Source: Eledone cirrhosa | Taxonomy: Eukaryota | Length of the DNA: 64,000 nucleotides | NCBI GenBank assembly: GCA_964016885.1 | Contig: OZ024742.1 | Span: 37,262,001-37,326,000, forward strand | Reading direction: 5' to 3' | In this document: piece by piece, positions 53,983 through 64,000 of the stretch | Layout of the letters: the number at the start of each line of letters is the position of its first letter | Position numbering within the stretch: position 1 is the stretch's first letter | Position numbers and translations under genes: made by a program | Notes under the pieces: generated by a model | The model's input: the letters and a program-made list of their open reading frames with translations, nothing else | Told to the model about the DNA's origin: nothing | The model's database searches: none

Positions 53983-55199
53983 CTAGAGAAAAAGGAAAAA
54001 TAACAGAGCACACAACCTCTGAAATTAAGAATAACCAATAATTCAGTCAACCAGAGGTTGACAGCATTTTCTTTTAGTAGCTTTCAAAATTCATCTCCAT
54101 TCCCTTACAAAATAAAACACACACACAACTGTATCAGTCAACCCTTTTGCTGAAACCTATGAAACAAAACTACACATTTTAAAGGGTTATTTAAATTAAA
54201 ATTCTCCAACAATTTTATATAGGAGCCATATGTCAAGTTACTATTTTAGTAATTAAATAGTTACTACTTTAGACACAATGCCTGCAATTTTGAGGAGAGG
54301 AAAGTTGATTAAATCAACTGTAATATTTGACTGGTACTATATTTTATTGATTCCGAAAGGCTAAGTTGATCTTGACTGGATTTAAACTCAAAATATAAAG
54401 AGGTGGAAAAATTTTACATTAATTAATTGAAATAAAGTGTATTTTATTAGAAATACACTGTATTTCTAAAGCATTCCTAATACATTCTGTCATTAGAAAT
54501 AGTCACAAAAATGTTAAAGCAACCATGTTGTGTAACCACCCACACATTTCACACTCAAACTTCCTATACTGAATAATTTGCTATATTTTTTTAGGGTTTT
54601 TTGATAATGATGATCAGATGCAAGCATGGCTATGTGGCCAACAAGTTTGCAATTATGTGGTCTCAAATTCTATTCCACTGTGTGGCATTAGGGTCTTCAA
54701 CTACAGCCCTGGGCCAACTAATGTCTTGTGAATAAAGTAGATGGAAACTGTATAAAGCCTGTCATATATATATCTTTCAAAACCACACCATCTAAACATA
54801 CTGTGTTGGTGAGCTGCCTCAGCTCATAAATGAGGTTTAGATTTTTACCCATTTCTCAGACATAAAATGGTGTGTGGGGGAGGGAGTTGGCTTATATTCA
54901 ACAAAGACCACTACAGGTAGGCACCAGTGACATTGCAAATGAATGCAGAATGCAAAAAAAATACTGTAAAGCATCCACTTCCTTGGACTGGTGCTTCATT
55001 TACTCTATTGACCTTGAAGGGATTAAAGGCAAAGTTGCAAATTTGCCACCTATACTGCACAATACTAGGTGCATATCCCCTAAATATACAATAGCTGAGG
55101 TTCTGCAGTAGGACTTGAACCCCCATCCTTATGTAAAATACTTCACCATTAACTTCACAATGGATGTAGCTAACAAAGAGAAAGTTATGTGATACTTAC

Positions 55200-55257
55200 A
55201 TTTTATAGGAGCTTCAAATGACTTAGCAACTGTAACCATAACATTTGTACCAAAAAC
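55200..55257 (-). CDS. HM13: Signal peptide peptidase exon
   Basis: VFGTNVMVTVAKSFEAPIK; 58 nt. Confidence 0.96.
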
Positions 55258-55803
55258 CTAGAGAAAGGGAAAAATAAATCAACAGATTTAACAGAAAGCA
55301 ACTTGTGTTTTATATAAGGAAACCACAGCAAACATCTTAAGACCAGTTTCTCTGCAAAATTAGGGGTTTTAACCTTTCATGTCTCACAAAGAGCTTTTCC
55401 ATTTTACTCTATTGTCTGCATCTTCCCTCACCAACTCCCTGGCTTTCAATTCCTCTGCCATCATTTTTAGTTGTGTATTTCTTGATCTTCTCCATCTTCT
55501 GTCTTCCATTCATTTCCATCACTAATACCACTCTCAGTCACTTTCATACTTTCTCAACACATTTCAATGTTTCTTCATAACATTCATCACTGGCTCTATT
55601 CCTTTCACCCACTCACTTTCATCTTTCCTAAACGCATGACTCATTCATCATATTCCATTTCTCACTGGGTCTATTCCCACCACTCTTGTCACTTAGTCAC
55701 ATATTCCTAAACAACATTTTTCTTCACAACATTCATCCTTAAATAAGGAAATTATAATTAGATTTAATTAGCAAGGAGATGGGAAAAAGCAAAAAAGACT
55801 TAC

Positions 55804-55929
55804 CCAAAAGATGTCATATAGGAAGAGGCCACACAGTAAAATACATCCTGTGCTGACCCTGTTTAAAGAGAGCAACTCAACACCGTTCACAGCAAAAGCT
55901 AACCCAAATAAATTATTGGCTACCCAGTG
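55804..55929 (-). CDS. HM13: Signal peptide peptidase exon (catalytic YD)
   Basis: HWVANNLFGLAFAVNGVE..GCILLCGLFLYDIFW; 126 nt. Confidence 0.97.
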
Positions 55930-56147
55930 CTAGAAGAAAAAACAAAAAAAATTAAATGGCAAAGCCTCAGCATGACTACATCCTATGGAGAGGAACATTA
56001 ACGACAGAGCCCCAGCATGACCACAACACATGGGCTGGAGCAAGTAAACAAGTATACTGGAAACAAAAAATAAGAAAGTTTTGGACTATCACTACAATTT
56101 CTGAATTACATTATTACACTTGGTATCAAACCCAATTTATTATTTTT

Positions 56148-56330
56148 TTAACCCTTTCGATACAAAACCAGTCCAGGCTGTTAATTTTAAAGTGTTTATA
56201 TTTATCTAAAAACCTTCCATCACAATAAGAAAGTAATATTACTAAATCCCACCAAATTCTTCATTATTTTCAGAATGATTTGAGAATTATAGGCAAACTT
56301 TCATTAGAAATATAGTAATGAAAAGGTTAA
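56148..56330. mobile_element. TTAA-flanked MITE, family 2
   Basis: TTAACCCTTTCG ... TGAAAAGGTTAA; relatives at ~5990-6150, 20970-21208, 39760-40098 and 59646-59846. Confidence 0.6.
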
Positions 56331-56962
56331 TGATTTAGTCAGAGGGTAGAGTAATGCCTATGATCTTTTTCAGGCCTCCAAGACCGGACTGGTAGGAGTG
56401 AGGAAGGAAGTTATCCTCAAACTGGAGACCCAGTTCATATGCTTGCAACAGAGTGGACTCCACTAAACATATTCAACAACTAGGCGATAGTTTAAGTCCC
56501 CTTTGTCCAATACTGTAACATTTCTGTCAATCAACAATTGTGGACTGGTTATTTAATCAACCCTAAATGGTAAAGCTGACTATACAAGATTTGAACACAG
56601 AGAGCCAGAACAAACACTATAATGCATTGTCCTATACTTTAATAACTCTGCCAATCTAGTGGTTAAGGGGTTCCATGATACGGTCCTGTGTTTGATTTCC
56701 GGCAATGTGTTCTGTTCTTGAACAAGTCACTTTATTTTACTTTGTTCCATGCCATTCAGCTGGAAAAAATGAGAGCTGTAATTCAAAGGAGAGGCCTGAT
56801 CAAACACTGTATCATGCTCAGCCACTTACAAGTTAATTTCATAAGCAGGTTGTTCCATTGATTGAACAACTGGAACATATGGTGGAATTAATGGAGGTTC
56901 AATACACAAGCACACATACACAGCTTAATTAGTTTGTTAAGGTGATTAGCTAAATGAGTTAC

Positions 56963-57048
56963 CTTTTTTAATCCATACCACAGGCCAATTAAACAGCTGA
57001 CCAACAGACACACTAAGTCTTTTCTGTCAAATTCATAATTTATGACTT
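56963..57048 (-). CDS. HM13: Signal peptide peptidase exon
   Basis: VINYEFDRKDLVCLLVSCLIGLWYGLKK; 86 nt. Confidence 0.95.
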
Positions 57049-57243
57049 CTGCAAAAGAGGAATTAAAGGACACTGTATATACAGATATATATACATAATA
57101 TTAATATATATATATACACATTTATATACATAATATACACACAGGCAACCACAGACACATGCCCTCTTCCCATTCACGTGCCCCCCCCCCCCCCCCCCCC
57201 CCAATCAGTCAATCACACTATGTAAAGACTTATGAAGCCATAC

Positions 57244-57332
57244 CTTCCTTGTTCTCCCCTTTCCCCTGTGTGAAGAGGAGATGGTATTCTTTGTTAGGGA
57301 AGGAATCAGGGATCAATTTCGAGATCCAAGGA
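57244..57332 (-). CDS. HM13: Signal peptide peptidase exon
   Basis: PWISKLIPDSFPNKEYHLLFTQGKGENKE; 89 nt. Confidence 0.95.
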
Positions 57333-57919
57333 CTGAAAGATAAAATATCTATTATTAACAACAAAACAAACAGTTAACCCTTTTATGATGACATTGTAGT
57401 ACATTGGGAAGTAGGATCATAAGAAAGAAAAAAGAATCAATCATTGGACCAAGGAAACAATGTTTCCATTGGTCTCTTCATGATTGACACTATCTGATTA
57501 CCCCACGTCTTGGTAGAAGAAAGCCAATAATCAGATCCAACCAAGGAAGTTATGTTTCTATTGGTCTTTCCTTTGTTGGTACTATCTGCCAGTCACAATT
57601 CCTGGTAGAAGGAAGAGGGATTTGAAATCAGAATACAGAGCTGGATTTTCTGCCAATCCACTGCCCTTAGATTAATATTCTATTAACCATGAAAGAATGA
57701 AAGGTAAAGTTTACCATGGTGGAATTTAAACTGTGTATAATCAGCCAGAACAAATATTAAGGCATTTAATATGACAGCCTAATGACTGCCAATTCAGGAG
57801 GGTCATACAGCCAATGAAACATGCACACACTGTATTTCACTTCAGTTTTATCCATCAATAAGATCTTTGTGGTGCATGTTGGAGATCAGTTTCTGATGAA
57901 TTAATTAATACCATGTTGT

Positions 57920-58570
57920 CTGCAAATTAGGTTTGATGCAGAGTGCTGCATGGCTGGAACAAAAATCCTTGTTGTGAAGACTGAGTTACTCATCTTCTTA
58001 AGGAAGCCTACACATTCTGTGAGTGGACTTCCACTGAAGCAGGAGAAGTTCAAGTATCTTGGGGTTGTGTTTGCGAGTGATGGAAGGCAGGCGCTAGTGC
58101 AGTAATGCACCAGCTTCAACATTTGGTAACCAGAAGAAGGGAGGTAGGTTTAAAAGCCAATCTTGCTATGTTCAATTCAATTTTTGTGCCACGAATCTTG
58201 GGTAATGACCAAAAGAATACAATCACAAATACAAACGTCTATGGAGTAATGTTACTCGATAGAGTGCATAGCTCGGAGATCAGATAGTTGCTCCAGGTAG
58301 AGCCGCTACTTATCCGAATTGAGAGATCACAGCTCCGATATTACAAGTAATGTGGTTCGAGTGTCTCAGGAAAGAATTGCTGGACAAATTTTATGGGCAA
58401 AACCAACCAGCAGGAGACTCGGGGAGGTAGATACTGAGCAAGATGGTTGGATAACATCCATTAGCTTGTCTGGTCTTGCTTGGGGATATAAAGGGATCAG
58501 TTGGAAATAGCTTCTGGCAGGACCTGCTGGAAAGAGTGTTTGAGGGCTCTTTCTCCAGGACCCTCCCAGG
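57920..58570 (+). mobile_element. Degraded LINE 3' fragment
   Basis: EKFKYLGV-like motif and C-terminal remnants; same family at 60750-61350 (-) and 43330-43570 (-). Confidence 0.7.
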
Positions 58571-59097
58571 AATAAGTAGGCAAAGAAGATCTTTGTGATA
58601 TTGAATTTTTGTGTTTTGGGTTCAAATCTCATTGTAGCTCATGTGGTTCATAGATTTAATCCATTAACTAACTCAAATGCCTTTAGTAAAGCCCACTCTG
58701 TTGGAAGTCAGTTTTGAGGCTATCAAGTTCTCCCAGTGGAAAAAATACACAACAGCAGCAGTTGGGGGTTAGTGTCCATGGAGGGTGGGGGGTCTTTTCA
58801 TGATAGCTGAAAAGCTCATATGAGAACAGCTAATCATACATAGGTGTGAACTGTAACAATACAATAGAACTGGGGTAGCTATCCTTAAAACACTCAAGAA
58901 ATCTCCTACAAGATGCAAACTTGTAGGAAGCCAGCTAAACCTGCATTGATGCAAGCTGTAACAGCAAAAATTGTTATAGATATACAAGATGTAAAGCTGA
59001 CAGCAAGTTATTTGTGTGTGTTAATGACACTATACGAAGACATTATGATAACTGTTATAAATATACATCTACAACATGAAGTAAAACGAGTACCAAC

Positions 59098-59180
59098 CTA
59101 TTAATGTGTGCTAATGATAACACACCGAGTGCAAAGAAGTAAACAGTCAGCAGTAAGTTGATATATTCCTTTGAAAATAC
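59098..59180 (-). CDS. HM13: Signal peptide peptidase exon
   Basis: VFSKEYINLLLTVYFFALGVLSLAHIN; 83 nt. Confidence 0.96.
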
Positions 59181-59880
59181 CTGTAGAAGAATGGAAGAAA
59201 AGGAATAATTCGCTATATTATAATAACTGTACAGTAATTTTGTCCTTCTGTCACACAAATAATACAGTCAAAAACATTCTAAAATCTAATATAGAATTCA
59301 TGAAACACAAGATTTCAAGAAAAAGAAACAGATGGATGTTCTAATACCAAAAAGGAGCACTAATGAATTTTTTATGGCTGAATGCCTTTTCTAACACCAA
59401 CCATTTTACAGAGTATACTGGGTGCATTTTATTTTAGCACTAGAGACATTGCCAGAAAGACAAGTATATATTGTCTCCAATACAATCACCAACTACTTTA
59501 CAGAATATAGTGGGTAATTTTATTGTAGGATTAGCACTAAAGAGGCTTCCTCACTCTTACACAGTAAATGAGTCCTTTTTATTATGTTGTCTTTCTTCTT
59601 TTAAGGCAAAAGTACAGTTTTGAATGTGACTGAAAAGATAAGTGGTTAACCCTTTCACACAAGCATGGGAAAAACCTGTAAAATCGATGATTTATAATGA
59701 AAAACACTGCCCAATGATTTTTAAATCATTTTGAAAATCAAGAATTTGGAGAAGTTAGTAATATAAATAACTTCCTCATTTTAAGCTGGTGTTTGTAATA
59801 TAGCTTAGATTCTTACATAAAACTATGATGGAATGAAAAGAGTTAAATGGGGAAAGAATATGAATACAAATGATAAGTAC

Positions 59881-59979
59881 CTTAAATATCAAATATATAC
59901 CAAACAATGCACAACTGGCAATGATAGGAAACATAGCAGCATCTTTAGATGACATGGTCTCTGGTTTCTCTCCTGATTT
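59881..59979 (-). CDS. HM13: Signal peptide peptidase, most 5' exon visible in the window
   Basis: KSGEKPETMSSKDAAMFPIIASCALFGIYLIFK; 99 nt. Confidence 0.95.
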
Positions 59980-60749
59980 CTGGAATGAAATCTAATTTAA
60001 AAAGAAAGGCTCAAATCAAATAGAGAGAAATAAACAACATGATAACACACAGGCAGATCAAAGGTTAATTAGCCAGGCTTTAGTTTAGCTTCAATATGTT
60101 AACATGCAGTAGATTGTGGAATATAGCATCATCGTACATCTATGGGTTGGATGGATTGTCACAGTCTTAGTTTTTATTCATTCTGTAGAGTGTGGGAAGA
60201 AAGATACAAGCACCCTACTTCATTTGAGATCATTAGCTCTGATTAAATACTGGTCTCTAGTGACCCATCCAATGCTTGCTAGTAGGGAAAACAGTAACAT
60301 TGAGTTAAACAATGCCTTGTGAGTGGAAGTTGGTATGCGTAAACCATGTGGAAGCCCATCTCATGTGTGAGTGTGTGGTTTGACAAAACGGGATTGATAA
60401 AATTACCAGGCTTGAAAAAACATTAGTTCTGGAATCGATATGGTTGTAAAAAATACCCTTAAGTCAGTGCCCCAACATGGCTGCAATCTACTAATTGAAA
60501 ACAGGATAAATGAATTATTGGTCAGTTAATCAGACAACCCAGTATATACACACATCAATTAGAGTAATTTTAATGAGAGGGAATGAGAAGAGAGTAACAC
60601 TCCCACCTCAATAAACCAACCTAAGATTCTAATGTGATAAAGCACAGGTTGCACAACAGATAACTGGACTTACTGGTATCATTGTATATAATAGTTAAAT
60701 GTCATATGCTGTGTGTGTGTTTATATTTTTTTTCTTCTTTCACTTATTT

Positions 60750-61350
60750 CTGAGAGGGTTGTTGGGACAGAGTCCTCAAACACTCCTTCCAGCAGGTCCT
60801 GCCAGAAGCAGCCATTTCTAACTGATCTGGCTAGATCCCCAGTTATCATGTTTGGGGTCTATCTCTGGATCTCGGTTGGTTTTGCTCGTAAAATCTCTCC
60901 AGCAATTCTTTCCTGAGACATTCTAACCACATGCTCTGTGATCTCTCAATTCGGAGAAGTAGTAGCTCTACCTGGAGTGACTGCTTGCTGAGCTATGCAC
61001 ACTATCGAGTATTGGTGTTCCAAAGATCCTTTGGAGGAACCCCATTTCATCACGATTGTATTCTTTTGGTCATGACCCAAGATTCAGGACCATATGTAAG
61101 GGTTGACACGAATACTGAATGCTGAAGCTGGTGCTCCTGCAATTCTAGCACTTAATTCAGCTGTGCCTTCTATCACTTATGAACACAACCTTGAGATACT
61201 TGAACTTCTCCACTAGCTTCAGTGGAACTCCATTCACATATAGAGTGCACTGTGCAAGCTTCCTTGAGAGGATGATTGTCAATTTTCACAGCACTGATGT
61301 TCAATCCAGCCATATAGCAGCAATCAGCATGTTTGGCCGGCTGTGCTGCG
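60750..61350 (-). mobile_element. Degraded LINE 3' fragment, inverted relative to 57920-58570
   Basis: Shares GGAGAAGTTCAAGTATCT and CTTCTGGCAGGACCTGCTGGAA..GAGTGTTTGAGG blocks. Confidence 0.7.
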
Positions 61351-61550
61351 TTCAGGGCGAAAACCACATAGTGTGTGTGTGTATATATATATATAATCAC
61401 GATTTTACGTCTCTTTTGTTTGCATGGATTAGACCAGCTGTTATATCTTGTGGCTGTGTCTAACATGTGGGTGCATTTGATTAAGAAAGGAAGGAGAACT
61501 CAGAAATAGCATGAAGAATATAACAAGGGAATATTAGCATGTGTATAGAT

Positions 61551-61748
61551 TTAAACCTTTAGCATTTAAACAAGCTGTATCTGGCCAGAATTTTCTCACC
61601 TCTTTCTGTTCAAACTGGCCATAACTAGTCACTCATACTGATATTAGGGTATTGTTCTCAAAATCTCATAGATTTGATATTATGTGAGGTAAAGCCTTTA
61701 CCGTGAAAATACAATAGTAAATATAGAATGTAAATGCTAAAGGGTTAA
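61551..61748. mobile_element. TTAA-flanked MITE, family 1
   Basis: TTAA-ACCTTTAGCATTT ... AAATGCTAAAGGG-TTAA. Confidence 0.75.
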
Positions 61749-62088
61749 TAAAGGAACAATACTAATATGGAGGAAGAAAAGGATAATGGGACGATTAAGA
61801 GTGCTCAGACTTCCTTGTCAATCAAATATAAAGTACATGTGTGTATATATATAAATATACACACATGCTTTTTTTCCTATTTCATACAAATGTTGAGATA
61901 ATAGCAATTTTTGTAATTTGTTCTCAGTATTTTTTCACTTTTTTACTGCTGATTTTCCTTGTGTATACACACTCATATATAAGCATACACACCACACAAA
62001 ATTCTAACACATATGTAACTATTAATGATACACCTGGCTCTCTATCTCGGTCCCCACCCCACCCATCTTAAATATTATATACTTACAT

Positions 62089-62119
<31 letters not shown>

Positions 62120-62212
62120 CTTACATACATACATATATATACTTTGTTTTTATATTTGTTTTGCAAGATCTTATCTGAAAATGCATTTTGAAACAGATAT
62201 TATTATACTTTA

Positions 62213-63248
62213 GGAGGGTTATGCTGACAATATAAAAAAAACACCTGCTGGTTTTCACTTCAATTTATTACAAATTTCCAGTTGGTTAGTTTAATAACCA
62301 GATGGTTGCTTATTTGTTTGACAAAGCTCTTTCATCACACATTCTGTGACCTCTCAGTGACTAATTTGTTATTTTGTGTGTCTCTTTTGTTCTATTCTAC
62401 ACTATCTTGTTTTTCTAAGCTGTGTTGTGCATGTGTGTGTGTGTGTTTATTCATACATTTATTTGTCACTAGTTGGTTGTTTGTTTTATTTGTGTGTCTG
62501 GTTTGTTTTATTAGTTTGTTTTTTTGTGTGTCCCTGTATGTCTTTATCTTGTCCTTAATTACTAGTTGTGATGTTGCTTTTCCACTCAAGTTTTCTGTTT
62601 AATTCTGGTTGGAGTTTGTTTATGTTTGTCCGTTTTGTAATCTGTATTGTGTCTTTTGTGTGTGGATATGTTCCATTTTGGCATGTTGGTGAAGTAATGA
62701 TGAATTATTTCCATCTTGGAGTTCTCGCTAGTGTTCATTTATCCTTTCTCTTATGCTACAAGCCGTCTCACTGATGTAAGTTGTGTTCCTATTCCTACAC
62801 TGCCCCTCCATATATCAAAACGTTCCTAGTTTTGTAGTTAATTTGCAGACTATATATCTCCTATCAGTGCAGGTTTTTTTTTCAAAAAATGTTCTATAAA
62901 TTAGGGTTTTTATAGGAATACCTGGTTATTCAACTATCTTTAATATTTAATTTTAGTATTCCAATAAAAACCCTAATTAGTAGCCAGACCTCTCCTCATA
63001 ATGGGATCACACAGTTCCACACTGTAAACGAGGTTGGTGTTAGGAAGGGCATCCAGCTGTAAATAATCCAGCCAAAATACAGTCCCATTTGAGCAAGGTA
63101 TGGCACAGCCAATTGGCCAGACTTGTCTCACAACGGTGCCACCTAGTTCCGCACTGTAAATGTAGTTGGCGGTAGGAAGGGCATCCAGCAGCCGTAAAAA
63201 ACCCAGGCAACACACACACATATATATATATATTAATTAAAAAGTTAT

Positions 63249-63283
<35 letters not shown>

Positions 63284-63699
63284 TGTGTGTGTGTGTGCGT
63301 GTTTGTGTATTTGAGTGGAACAGCAACATCACAACTTACAATTAAGGACAAAATGAAAACACACACACACACATAGAACAAACAACCAACCAACAATAAA
63401 TAAATAAATAAATAAACAAATAGATAAATGAACACAAACACACACAGACACCCGGATGTGGCGCATGCGCAAACTGAGCACACAACACACACACAGAAAC
63501 AAAGAAAGGAATCCCCAGTCACTGAAGAGGTCACAGAGTGTGTGACGAAAGGACTATGACTATATATAAACAACTATCTGGTTGTGGAACCAACCAACCA
63601 GAAATTTATAAGTTTGTAGATTTATAAATTTATAAATATATAATAAATTGAAGTGAAAGCAACTGGTGCGTGTGTTTCTTATTGGCAACATGACCCTCC
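62213..63699. repeat. Diverged inverted repeat pair (62213-62590 / 63311-63699), each arm with a hammerhead motif
   Basis: For example TTGTGATGTTGCTTTTCCACTCAA versus TTGAGTGGAACAGCAACATCACAA, and TTTCACTTCAATTTATTA versus TAATAAATTGAAGTGAAA. Confidence 0.85.
63517..63561 (+). ncRNA. Minimal type I hammerhead ribozyme motif
   Basis: AGTCA-CTGAAGA-G-GTCACA-GAGTG-TGTGAC-GAAA-GGAC-TA-TGACT. Confidence 0.7.
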
Positions 63700-63709
63700 C
63701 AAAGTATAA

Positions 63710-63723
63710 CAATATATATACAA

Positions 63724-63754
<31 letters not shown>

Positions 63755-63813
63755 CAAACATATACATATATATACAAACATATACATATACATATATATA
63801 TATATATACAAAC

Positions 63814-63848
<35 letters not shown>

Positions 63849-63850
63849 CA

Positions 63851-63888
<38 letters not shown>

Positions 63889-63908
63889 AACATATATATA
63901 TATATACA

Positions 63909-63948
<40 letters not shown>

Positions 63949-64000
63949 AACATATATATATATACAAACATATATATATATATACAAACATATATATATA
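63710..64000. repeat. (TA)n/TACAAACA microsatellite
   Basis: Direct reading. Confidence 0.95.

Overview
AT-rich, microsatellite-dense animal genomic DNA. The repeat style suggests an octopod cephalopod, but that is inference. Two convergent spliced genes can be read by eye. On + are the last 6 coding exons of a SLAIN-motif microtubule plus-end protein (17959-32803; MAKLQEESLRQ, SxIP motifs, C-terminal WKEGCF). On - are 10 coding exons of signal peptide peptidase HM13/SPP (59979-47597; YD, GLGD, QPALL, KKxx); its first exon lies beyond the window. The rest is mostly transposon-derived. Four RTE-clade LINE copies are present, two of them near full length and joined head-to-head as a ~7 kb inverted repeat, and the RT carries an inserted PHD-type zinc finger. 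There is also a decayed Penelope-like element with inverted flanks, Tc1/mariner fossils, a Helitron, SINEs, TTAA-type MITEs, minisatellites and a ~5 kb (TA)n desert. The main unannotated signal is a set of type I hammerhead-ribozyme motifs at about eight loci, unrelated in sequence, mostly inside fold-back inverted repeats next to (TA)n. They include a natural U3-A8 compensatory core and long stem-II forms. All folds were done by eye and none is tested.
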